30,991 nt of DNA from the IMG/VR virus record IMGVR_UViG_3300045988_126185, positions 1 through 30,991 of that record; one strand, given 5' to 3'. The notes below the pieces were generated by a model. That model saw only the letters and a program-made list of their open reading frames with translations, did no database searches and was not told where the DNA came from. The position numbers and the translations under genes were made by a program. Position 1 is the stretch's first letter. The number at the start of each line of letters is the position of its first letter. This document shows, piece by piece, positions 7,638 to 14,736 of the stretch. This DNA is from a virus.

Positions 7638-8039
7638 ATGGAGTTTAAAATAGGAGAAAATTTAACAATATCACAATTACAAAGTGAAATAGATAAATTA
7701 TCAAATAAAGTAAGTAAAGAATATAACAATGTAATAAGCAATAGAGATAAAATAAATTATTTGAAAGAACAATTAAAAAAATTAAAAGAAGAAGAAAAGA
7801 ATAAACCAATTATTGATGAAACAGAAAAAAAATATTTAAAAGAAGTTATTAGACCATTTAAAGACAAAGTTGAATATATAAAAAAAATAATGAATCTTAA
7901 TAAAAGTAAAGAATATATATCTATAGGAATAGAATATGAACCATCTGTTGACCTCCCATATTTTGAAAAGAATAATATGTATGAAGGAATGGAAACAGGT
8001 AAGGAATATACATTAAAGGAGTTAGGTTTAGATGAATAA
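7638..8039 (+). CDS. Hypothetical protein (133 aa).
   Basis: ORF with RBS AGGAGG. Confidence 0.45.
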   Translation: MEFKIGENLTISQLQSEIDKLSNKVSKEYNNVISNRDKINYLKEQLKKLKEEEKNKPIIDETEKKYLKEVIRPFKDKVEYIKKIMNLNKSKEYISIGIEYEPSVDLPYFEKNNMYEGMETGKEYTLKELGLDE

Positions 8040-8445
8040 AGGAGTAATTGTTGGGAGATTAGTAAGAAATCCAGAATTAAGATATACAAGTTCAAATAAA
8101 GCAATTACAAAAATAACAATTGCTTGTAATAATTCAAAAGATGATACAACATTTTTAGATATAACAATATTTGGAAAAATGGCAGAAACAACTAACGAAT
8201 ATTGTCAAAAAGGAGATATTTTAGGAATAGAATACATAGTTAAAAATTACAATTGGGAAGATGAAGAAGGTAAAAGACACTTTACATATAATTTTATAGC
8301 TAATAGAGTAGAGTTTATATCAAAGGCTAGTAAATCTACTAACAAAGTAGAAATACCTCAAGAACAGGCTAAAAATAGTTTAAATAAAGATGTATTTGAT
8401 GAATTTGGAGATAGTGTTTCTATTGATGATAATTTTCTAGAATGA
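8032..8445 (+). CDS. ssb: Single-stranded DNA-binding protein with an acidic C-terminal tail.
   Basis: MNKGVIVGRLVRNPELRYT...ITIFGKMAE...KGD...; C-terminus ...DDNFLE matches the acidic SSB tail (DDDIPF-like). Confidence 0.7.
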   Translation: MNKGVIVGRLVRNPELRYTSSNKAITKITIACNNSKDDTTFLDITIFGKMAETTNEYCQKGDILGIEYIVKNYNWEDEEGKRHFTYNFIANRVEFISKASKSTNKVEIPQEQAKNSLNKDVFDEFGDSVSIDDNFLE

Positions 8446-8885
8446 GAGGTACAGTTAAACAATTAATTCCATATATGTTGGAATTAGATGATACTAAAAT
8501 ATATGAAGTAAAAGAATATAAAGAAAAAAGAAACTTAGACCAAAATGCTAAATATTGGAAGTTATTAAATGAACTTGCACTCACATTAAAAGTAGGAGTA
8601 GAAGAGTTACATTTTAAAATGTTAAAAGACTATTCACAAAGATATGAAATTCTAGTCCCTAAAGATATAAAATTAAGAGGAATTGACTATTATGAAAAAA
8701 AATCTAAAATAATTAGAAATGGTCAAGAATTTATAGTATATCAAATATTTACACCTAGCCATGAATTAAATACAAGAGAATTTGCATTATTATTACAAGG
8801 ATTATGTGATGAATGTAAAGAACAAGGAATTGAAACACTAAGTCCTAATGAATTAAAAAAGTTAGAAGAAATGATAAGAGGTTAA
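8442..8885 (+). CDS. ninB: NinB/Orf-family recombination mediator.
   Basis: NLDQNAKYWKLLNEL matches lambda Orf SLDQNRKLWACL. Confidence 0.5.
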   Translation: MRGTVKQLIPYMLELDDTKIYEVKEYKEKRNLDQNAKYWKLLNELALTLKVGVEELHFKMLKDYSQRYEILVPKDIKLRGIDYYEKKSKIIRNGQEFIVYQIFTPSHELNTREFALLLQGLCDECKEQGIETLSPNELKKLEEMIRG

Positions 8886-8887
8886 AT

Positions 8888-9106
8888 ATGAAAAAAACAC
8901 AAAAAGAATTAATTGAAAAACATTTATTAAAAAAAGGTAAAATAACAAGTTGGGAAGCATTTAAAAGATATGGAATAACAAGATTATCACATATAATTTA
9001 TCTATTAAGAAAAGAAGACTATAATATTAAAAGTGTAAGTACTACTAAAAAAAATAGATATGGACATTATTGTACTTATAGCACATATACATTAGAAAAT
9101 GACTAA
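8888..9106 (+). CDS. Winged-HTH DNA-binding protein (HTH_36/HTH_39-like).
   Basis: ITSWEAFKRYGITRLSHIIYLLRKEDYNI motif. Confidence 0.4.
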   Translation: MKKTQKELIEKHLLKKGKITSWEAFKRYGITRLSHIIYLLRKEDYNIKSVSTTKKNRYGHYCTYSTYTLEND

Positions 9107-9386
9107 ACAAGAAAAATTAGTATATGAAAAAATAACCGAAGAACAACCATATTGCCAATTATGTGGTAGTACAAGCTATTTACATAGACACCACATTTAT
9201 TATAGAAGTCAATTAGGTTTAACGGTAGAAAAAAATATAATAGTATTATGTGATAAATGTCATAGATTAGTACATTCAAATAAAAAAGAATGGCAACCTA
9301 AGTTATTAGAAATTCAATATAAAAAATATGGCTATTTTGCAAAGGAAGAAGTCATTAAATGTAAGAAATATGGAAAAATAGCATGA
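9099..9386 (+). CDS. HNH endonuclease domain protein (zinc-binding).
   Basis: CQLCG...HRHHI...N..IVLCDKCH..VH, an HNH-type motif. Confidence 0.5.
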   Translation: MTKQEKLVYEKITEEQPYCQLCGSTSYLHRHHIYYRSQLGLTVEKNIIVLCDKCHRLVHSNKKEWQPKLLEIQYKKYGYFAKEEVIKCKKYGKIA

Positions 9387-9401
9387 AAGGAAAATGGGAA
9401 G

Positions 9402-9578
9402 ATGAGTTTTAAAAGAAAACTAGAAAGAAAAAACGAAAAAAAAGAACAATTAAATATTAAAAACACATATGGTAAAAAGCCTAAAGGAATTTGCCCTAGA
9501 TGCCATAAACATAGTATATTTATGACAAACCAAGAAAATGAAGTATATTGTATAAGATGTAATAATAGAATAAAATAA
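9402..9578 (+). CDS. Small zinc-ribbon protein (58 aa).
   Basis: CPRC...CIRC; ATG after GGAAAATGGGAAG; under 60 aa so absent from the track. Confidence 0.35.
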   Translation: MSFKRKLERKNEKKEQLNIKNTYGKKPKGICPRCHKHSIFMTNQENEVYCIRCNNRIK

Positions 9579-9697
9579 AAAAATTAAAAACTATTAAAAA
9601 AGCTAGTAAATTGTTTTTTATTCATATCACATTACCTTCTAATATAACTAAACTAATTTTACCCTTAAAAACAATGTGAGTTTGTTTAATAGTGAGT

Positions 9698-9727
9698 TTG
9701 ACATTGTTATTAATAATGTGATATAAT
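9698..9727 (+). promoter_or_regulatory. Sigma-A type promoter P3 (TTGACA-17-TATAAT with extended TGn) flanked by candidate operator repeats.
   Basis: Consensus hexamers at 9698-9703 and 9722-9727, with TG at 9719-9720. Inverted repeat TATCACATTA (9625-9634) with TAATGTGATA (9714-9723). Direct repeat GTGAGTTTG x2 (9676-9684, 9692-9700). Confidence 0.65.
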
Positions 9728-9750
9728 AATAAAAGAAAATAGGAGGAAAT

Positions 9751-10227
9751 ATGGATTATAAATTTAGTAAAATTGATTTAGACGAATATGAATTGTCTTA
9801 CACAAACAAAAACAAAGAAAAAGTAAAAATACCATTTAAAAGAACGGTTGAAATGGGACAAAAAATACAAGGAATAACTGCTAGAGCTAGAACTAAAATG
9901 TTTATTGAATTAACTAAACTAGGAATAACTAAAAATGATTTAATAATTAAAAAAAGTGATGGAAAAGGTCATACAACATATGATGAAACTAACTATCAAG
10001 AATTTGAAAGAAAATACATAGAAGAAGAGACTTTAATTGTCATGAACGAAATAATGGAGTCTTGTTTTAAAAAGAATTTAGTTGATTTATTTGATGATAT
10101 GGGAATAAATACATATTCAAATGATAAAGATAGTATAAATGTTATATCAACATTTAGCCAAAAGTTTGGGATGATACTTTCAAAAAACGATGAAGAAAAA
10201 TCTCCCAGTGCTAGCGATAAAGAATAA
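9751..10227 (+). CDS. Hypothetical protein (158 aa).
   Basis: ORF with RBS AGGAGG. Confidence 0.45.
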   Translation: MDYKFSKIDLDEYELSYTNKNKEKVKIPFKRTVEMGQKIQGITARARTKMFIELTKLGITKNDLIIKKSDGKGHTTYDETNYQEFERKYIEEETLIVMNEIMESCFKKNLVDLFDDMGINTYSNDKDSINVISTFSQKFGMILSKNDEEKSPSASDKE

Positions 10228-10582
10228 TCAAATAAGAAATAGTAATAAAACAATATTTTGTTTTGCTTATCAAGAAGATTTAGACCAAGCATACGCATTT
10301 TATTGTTCAAGATATGAAAATATAAGCTATAGAGAATTTTTAAATTTAGGATTTTTTGAATTTAAAAAGAAAATAGGAAGTATACCAAAGAGTGAGCCTT
10401 TATATGATATAATAAAATCAAGAACAATAGAACTAGGTAAAATCAAAGATAAAGAAGAACGAAAATATTGGAGAGAATTAAAAAGAATAAATCAAATACC
10501 TCAAATATTTATAAGTACTGATGAAATATTTAGAGAATTAAAGGGAAGAATGAAAGAAACTAAACAAGTAGGAGGAAAATAA
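10190..10582 (+). CDS. Hypothetical protein (130 aa); start uncertain, overlaps the upstream ORF.
   Basis: ORF. Confidence 0.35.
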   Translation: MKKNLPVLAIKNNQIRNSNKTIFCFAYQEDLDQAYAFYCSRYENISYREFLNLGFFEFKKKIGSIPKSEPLYDIIKSRTIELGKIKDKEERKYWRELKRINQIPQIFISTDEIFRELKGRMKETKQVGGK

Positions 10583-10584
10583 TA

Positions 10585-10998
10585 ATGGAAAAAAATTTAA
10601 TAAAATTTAATGAAAATATAACAAAGGTAACAAAAGAAATAGCAAAATATGAAGATGAAAAGGGAAATTATACATTGATACCAATAGGACAATTAATGTG
10701 TAGCTGTGAATATATGGAATTAGATGAACCAATGTACAAGAAAGCATTATTTGAAAAGATAATTGAAAAAGATGTTGAATATAATAAAATTAAAACTACA
10801 AAAGTAGTAGATAAATCAACAATCACACATAATAAAAAAGACCAAGGAACATTAGTAGATAATGAAGTAGAAGTAAGTCAAGTATGGGTAGTAAAAAATG
10901 GAATAGGATTAACTAAATCATTTGATAGCAAGGATAAAGCCTTACAAGTAGTAAATGAATTAAATAATAAATATTTAGAAATGGCAGAGTTAAAATAA
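10585..10998 (+). CDS. Hypothetical protein (137 aa).
   Basis: ORF with RBS GGAGG. Confidence 0.45.
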   Translation: MEKNLIKFNENITKVTKEIAKYEDEKGNYTLIPIGQLMCSCEYMELDEPMYKKALFEKIIEKDVEYNKIKTTKVVDKSTITHNKKDQGTLVDNEVEVSQVWVVKNGIGLTKSFDSKDKALQVVNELNNKYLEMAELK

Positions 10999-11222
10999 TG
11001 ATTAATGTTTTTAAAGAAAATAAAGAATTAAAAAAAGAAAACATACGATTAAAAATGAAAATAAGTGATGATGATTATTATCATAAAACTTTTTTAAAAA
11101 GAGAACAGTATTACATCAATAAAATTGATGATTTACAAGAAAAAGTAAAACAACTTCAAAAAGAATTAATTGAATTATATGAAAAGAATTATGAATTAGC
11201 AAAGAAACTTAATAAGGAGTAA
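10998..11222 (+). CDS. Hypothetical coiled-coil protein (74 aa).
   Basis: ORF, ATGA-coupled. Confidence 0.4.
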   Translation: MINVFKENKELKKENIRLKMKISDDDYYHKTFLKREQYYINKIDDLQEKVKQLQKELIELYEKNYELAKKLNKE

Positions 11223-11224
11223 TT

Positions 11225-11701
11225 ATGAAAAAAATAGAAATTAAATATATACCAATAGATGATATAAAACCTTATATAAATAACCCTAGATTAAATGAAG
11301 AGGCTATTCCTTATGTTATGAATAGTATAAAAGAGTTTGGATTTAAAAACCCTATTATATTAGATAAAAACAATGTAATAGTAGCAGGACATACTAGATT
11401 AGAAAGTGCTAAAAGACTTGATATGAAAGAAGTACCAGTTATTTATGCTGATGACTTAACTAAAGAACAAATAAAAGCATTTAGATTAGCAGATAATAAA
11501 GTTAGTGAAAAATCAATATGGGACTATACTAAGTTAGATGAAGAATTAGAAAATATTTTAGATATTGATATGAGCATGTTTGATTTTGAGAATATAGAAG
11601 AAACTAATTTAGATGATTTTTTTGAAGATAACGATAATAAAAAAGAAAAGGAGAGTAAACTTATAGAATGCCCTCATTGTCATAAGCCTATTGAACTGTG
11701 A
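11225..11701 (+). CDS. ParB-like nuclease domain protein (ParB N-terminal/sulfiredoxin fold); possible DpdB-like partner of DpdA.
   Basis: IPIDDIKPYINNPR...NPIILDKNNVIVAGHTRLESAKRL...LADN matches ParB N-terminal motifs. Overlap-coupled (GTGA) to the downstream TGT-like gene. Confidence 0.6.
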   Translation: MKKIEIKYIPIDDIKPYINNPRLNEEAIPYVMNSIKEFGFKNPIILDKNNVIVAGHTRLESAKRLDMKEVPVIYADDLTKEQIKAFRLADNKVSEKSIWDYTKLDEELENILDIDMSMFDFENIEETNLDDFFEDNDNKKEKESKLIECPHCHKPIEL

Positions 11702-12441
11702 AAGTATTTTTGGCTTCAACAAGTAGTAGAGAAAATATGGGAGAGAGTGAACTAAATAAAATTCCATATATTTTAGAAAGTTTTTATACAATAAAAAATG
11801 AAAGAACATTAAATAGAATAAAAAATATAAATAAAAAGAAATTTTTGTTAGACAGTGGAGCATTTACTTTTATGAATGGTCATAAAGGAAAAGTTGACTG
11901 GAATAAATACATAGAAGATTATGCAAAATTCATTAATAAATATAATATAAAATATTTTTTTGAATTAGATATAGATGTAGTTGTAGGTATTAAAGAAGTT
12001 GAAAGATTAAGAAAAAAGCTTGAAATGTTAACTCACAAACAATGCATCCCAGTATGGCATAAATCTAGAGGATTAGAATATTATAAAAGAATGTGTAAAG
12101 AGTATAATTATATAGCAATTGGTGGAATAGTTATAGGAGAAATAAAAAAACAAGATTATAAAGTGTTTATTCCATTATTAAAAATTGCTAAAGAAAATAA
12201 TTGCAAAGTACACGGATTAGGTTTCACGGTAACGAGAGAACTTAACAAGTATCACTTTTATAGTGTTGATAGTACAAATTGGTTGTCTGGTGGAAGATTT
12301 GGACAATTACATACATTTAATGGAAAGTTTATTGAAAGTAAAAGTTTTAAAAACAAAAGAGCAAAAGATTATAAGCAAATAGATAAACATAATTTAGAGC
12401 AATGGATAAAGTTTCAAAATTATGCAGATAAATATTTATAA
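11698..12441 (+). CDS. dpdA: TGT-like transglycosylase of the DpdA type (7-deazaguanine DNA base-exchange enzyme), lacking the Zn-binding C-terminus of tRNA TGT.
   Basis: LLDSGAFTF resembles TGT LTDSGGFQ (catalytic Asp). NYIAIGGIVIGE resembles TGT GYAIGGLSVGE. VHGLGFT resembles LMGVGTP. Short length, GTG start, and a preQ0/preQ1 transporter gene lies downstream. Confidence 0.6.
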   Translation: MKVFLASTSSRENMGESELNKIPYILESFYTIKNERTLNRIKNINKKKFLLDSGAFTFMNGHKGKVDWNKYIEDYAKFINKYNIKYFFELDIDVVVGIKEVERLRKKLEMLTHKQCIPVWHKSRGLEYYKRMCKEYNYIAIGGIVIGEIKKQDYKVFIPLLKIAKENNCKVHGLGFTVTRELNKYHFYSVDSTNWLSGGRFGQLHTFNGKFIESKSFKNKRAKDYKQIDKHNLEQWIKFQNYADKYL

Positions 12442-12480
12442 GTAGTATGCAAAAACCTACTATAAAAAACTAAAGGAGAG
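12441..12480 (+). ncRNA. Candidate preQ1-I riboswitch aptamer: P1 AGUAG/CUACU, 11-nt loop ending AC, tail AUAAAAAACUAA running into the RBS.
   Basis: As I recall it, the tail is identical to the B. subtilis queC preQ1-I aptamer tail (CUAUAAAAAACUAA). There is a 5-bp P1, and it sits immediately 5' of a YhhQ/COG1738 gene, the classic genomic context. Confidence 0.5.
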
Positions 12481-13131
12481 ATTAAAATAAAAAAAGATAA
12501 AAAAATAAGTAAATTATTATTAGGACTAATTATTTTATATACAATTAGTTTCTTGATAAGCAATATTATAACAATTAAACAAATAATTTTACCATTTGGA
12601 ATAACAATGACAAGTGCAGTTATATTATTTCCGATAGTATATATATTAAGCGATGTATTTAGTGAAGTATATGGTTATAGATGGAGTAGAAATACAAGAT
12701 ATATAGCATTTGTAAGTAATTTATTTATGGTATTAATATTCACATTAGTAATAAAACTACCAAGTGCAAGTACATTCACAGGACAAGAAGCGTTGATACA
12801 AACATTAGGAAGCACACCAAAGGTATTATTTGCTTCATTATTAGCATATTTAGTTGGAGATTTTGTAAATGATAAAATATTTGCTAAAATGAAAGAAAAA
12901 CATACTGATACAAAAGGATTTGGAATAAGAGCAATATTATCCAGTTTATTTGGAGAATTAGTAGATAGTTCTATATTCTTACCAATTGTATTTTTAGGAG
13001 TATTACCAATTAATATAATAATTACAATGGCAATAACTCAAGTAATATTAAAAGTAAGTTATGAAGTAATAATGTTACCTATAACAAAGTTAGTTGTTAA
13101 AAAAGCAAAATTATACGAAGAAAATAACTAA
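12481..13131 (+). CDS. yhhQ: YhhQ-family (COG1738) queuosine-precursor (preQ0/preQ1) transporter; likely a non-canonical ATT or ATA start after RBS AAAGGAGAG.
   Basis: ISNIITIKQIILPFGITMTSAVILFPIVYILSDVFSEVYG aligns with E. coli YhhQ SSNYLVQLPVSILGFHTTWGAFSFPFIFLATDLTVRIFG. Conserved TM1 (KLLLGLIILYTISFL) is encoded upstream of the first canonical start (TTG 12553), in frame, with no ATG/GTG/TTG available. Confidence 0.65.
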   Translation: MKIKKDKKISKLLLGLIILYTISFLISNIITIKQIILPFGITMTSAVILFPIVYILSDVFSEVYGYRWSRNTRYIAFVSNLFMVLIFTLVIKLPSASTFTGQEALIQTLGSTPKVLFASLLAYLVGDFVNDKIFAKMKEKHTDTKGFGIRAILSSLFGELVDSSIFLPIVFLGVLPINIIITMAITQVILKVSYEVIMLPITKLVVKKAKLYEENN

Positions 13132-13151
13132 AATAAAAAGGAAGTGATACT

Positions 13152-13517
13152 ATGGCTAAAGAAGATAATTTAATACCAGGAGGACATAAATTAACAAGAG
13201 AAGAACAGTCGAGGGCTGGTAAACGTAGTGGAGAAGTAAGAGCATTAAAGAAAACCTTTAAAATGGCTCTTAAAGAACTATTACAAGAAGAAGTAAAAGA
13301 TAAAAAAGGAAATCCATCTGGAAAAACTTATCAAGATTTAGTAAACATAGGTCTTGTAAAAGGTGCTATGAAAGGGAATGCTATTAATTATAAAACTATT
13401 TTAGAAACAATAGGAGAAATAGAAGCAGAAAAAACCGAAGTATCAGTTCCTACAATAAAATTAGAAGTAGTAGATAATAGTAAGCTAGAGAGTGTGTTAT
13501 ATGAAGATAAAAAGTAA
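13152..13517 (+). CDS. Hypothetical basic protein; a possible DNA-binding or small terminase candidate.
   Basis: ORF with RBS AAGGAAG; basic N-terminus PGGHKLTREEQSRAGKRSGEVRA. Confidence 0.4.
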   Translation: MAKEDNLIPGGHKLTREEQSRAGKRSGEVRALKKTFKMALKELLQEEVKDKKGNPSGKTYQDLVNIGLVKGAMKGNAINYKTILETIGEIEAEKTEVSVPTIKLEVVDNSKLESVLYEDKK

Positions 13518-13857
13518 CAAGTATCACAACACTAAAGTTATCTATAATGGAATAAAGTTCGATAGTAAAAAAGAAAGAGACAGATATATTACTTTAAAAC
13601 AACTAGAAAAAGCAGGAATAATAAAAGAATTAGAACTACAACCAAAGTTCTTATTATTAGATACAATTCATTATAAAGGTAAAACATACCCTAAAACCTA
13701 TTATAAAGCCGATTTCAAGTACTTTGATAATGAAAAGGATAAATATATAGTTGAAGATGTTAAAAGCACTATAACAGCAAAAGATAAGGTATATAGGCTT
13801 AAAATAAAAATGTTATTAACAAAATATCCTGATATAGACTTTGTTGAAGTAATATGA
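13501..13857 (+). CDS. DUF1064 family phage protein.
   Basis: KYHNTKVIYNGIKFDSKKERDRY...ADFKY...VEDVKS pattern; the ATG at 13501 is preferred over 13492. Confidence 0.5.
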   Translation: MKIKSNKYHNTKVIYNGIKFDSKKERDRYITLKQLEKAGIIKELELQPKFLLLDTIHYKGKTYPKTYYKADFKYFDNEKDKYIVEDVKSTITAKDKVYRLKIKMLLTKYPDIDFVEVI

Positions 13858-13863
13858 TATAAT
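13855..13863 (+). promoter_or_regulatory. Extended -10 element TGATATAAT, the same 9-mer as in P3, overlapping the DUF1064 stop codon, with a weak -35 (TAGACT). Candidate promoter for the structured leader and the packaging genes.
   Basis: Sequence motif. Downstream TAATGTGATG (13864-13873) repeats the P3 operator-like half-site. Confidence 0.35.
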
Positions 13864-14241
13864 TAATGTGATGGAAAAAGTGTTTTACAATTTCCTTGCA
13901 TGCTATCTTTATAGGTAGCATAGAGTAGATAACAAATTACTACGGTGAGCTAGATAGCCGACTACATTATCTATTCTATGGTGTCTATAAGGCACTAGAA
14001 ATTCTTATTTTATTTGCTATACGAACTCTGAGAGGATAAGATAGTAAATAGCATTACCTTTAACAGGTAGTGTCTAATGATATATAAAAAGAGAGAAGTA
14101 AAGAGGTATCGTTCAAGAGTAATTAACTTGTTCGCTTTAGGAAATAGTTAGATAAGCCCTTGTATACTAACTTATAACAAGGTCAAACCTTTATATCATT
14201 AGACAGTATCTATTAAAGATACAAAGAAAGGAATTAAAATT
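13864..14241 (+). ncRNA. About 380-nt ORF-free, GC-richer structured region upstream of the packaging genes. Candidate long 5' leader, ribozyme-like RNA or degenerate group-I-like element.
   Basis: No ORF in any frame. Base composition is distinct from the flanks. It contains a GCCGACUACA (group I R-like) element and shares AAGGUCAAAC with the tape-measure intron. Confidence 0.3.
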
Positions 14242-14487
14242 ATGGCTAGAAAAAAAGATACAAAAAAAGGAATTAAAACTGAAAAAGAAATTATTTCTTT
14301 AGATAATTCTCCAATATCTCCATTGATACAAGAAGAAAAAGAAATAATACCAGAAAAGTTTGTAAACATTACACCAAAAAAAGTAGAACATAAAAATAAA
14401 ATTAATATTAAAAATAAAAGAGTGTATAAAGACTTAGGAAATGGATATGGAATGTATTCAGATGATGGGTCTATATTTAAAATATAG
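14242..14487 (+). CDS. Hypothetical protein (81 aa, Lys-rich).
   Basis: ORF with RBS AAAGGA. Confidence 0.45.
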   Translation: MARKKDTKKGIKTEKEIISLDNSPISPLIQEEKEIIPEKFVNITPKKVEHKNKINIKNKRVYKDLGNGYGMYSDDGSIFKI

Positions 14488-14496
14488 GAGGTTTAT

Positions 14497-14736
14497 ATGG
14501 AATTTATAAAACTAAGAGAAGATAGATACATGATTAAAAATAGTAATAATATTGTAGTATCTGAAAAAGAAAAGTTAGAATTAGAAAAAAAGAATTTAAT
14601 TATAGAAGATATTCAAAGCAATGAATGTCAAGGAAGAACAACACAAAGAATAAAAAAAATAGATAGGAAGTTGAAAAATGAAAGAAAACCAATTACAACT
14701 GAAACTATCGAAGAAACAACAGAACCTACTGAATGA
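14497..14736 (+). CDS. Hypothetical protein (79 aa); possible small terminase candidate by position.
   Basis: ORF with RBS AGGAGG, immediately upstream of and overlapping terL. Confidence 0.4.
   Translation: MEFIKLREDRYMIKNSNNIVVSEKEKLELEKKNLIIEDIQSNECQGRTTQRIKKIDRKLKNERKPITTETIEETTEPTE

Noticed and set aside
9579-9625. Intrinsic terminator after the zinc-ribbon gene (A-rich then T-rich tract around GCTAGTAAATTG).
   Set aside because: No stable GC-containing stem can be drawn; it is only an A-tract/T-tract pair, so it is not called.
10150-10230. Possible programmed frameshift joining ORF 9751-10227 and ORF 10190-10582; an A-AAA-AAC slippery-like heptamer lies in the overlap.
   Set aside because: The heptamer would give a -1 shift, but the downstream ORF is in the +1 frame. 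There is no downstream pseudoknot. Ordinary overlapping or coupled genes are more likely.
13864-14241. Treating the 380-nt structured region as a second bona fide self-splicing intron.
   Set aside because: No flanking exons with restorable reading frame could be found. The downstream ORF has its own RBS and an upstream in-frame stop at 14149-14151. It is kept only as a candidate structured RNA.
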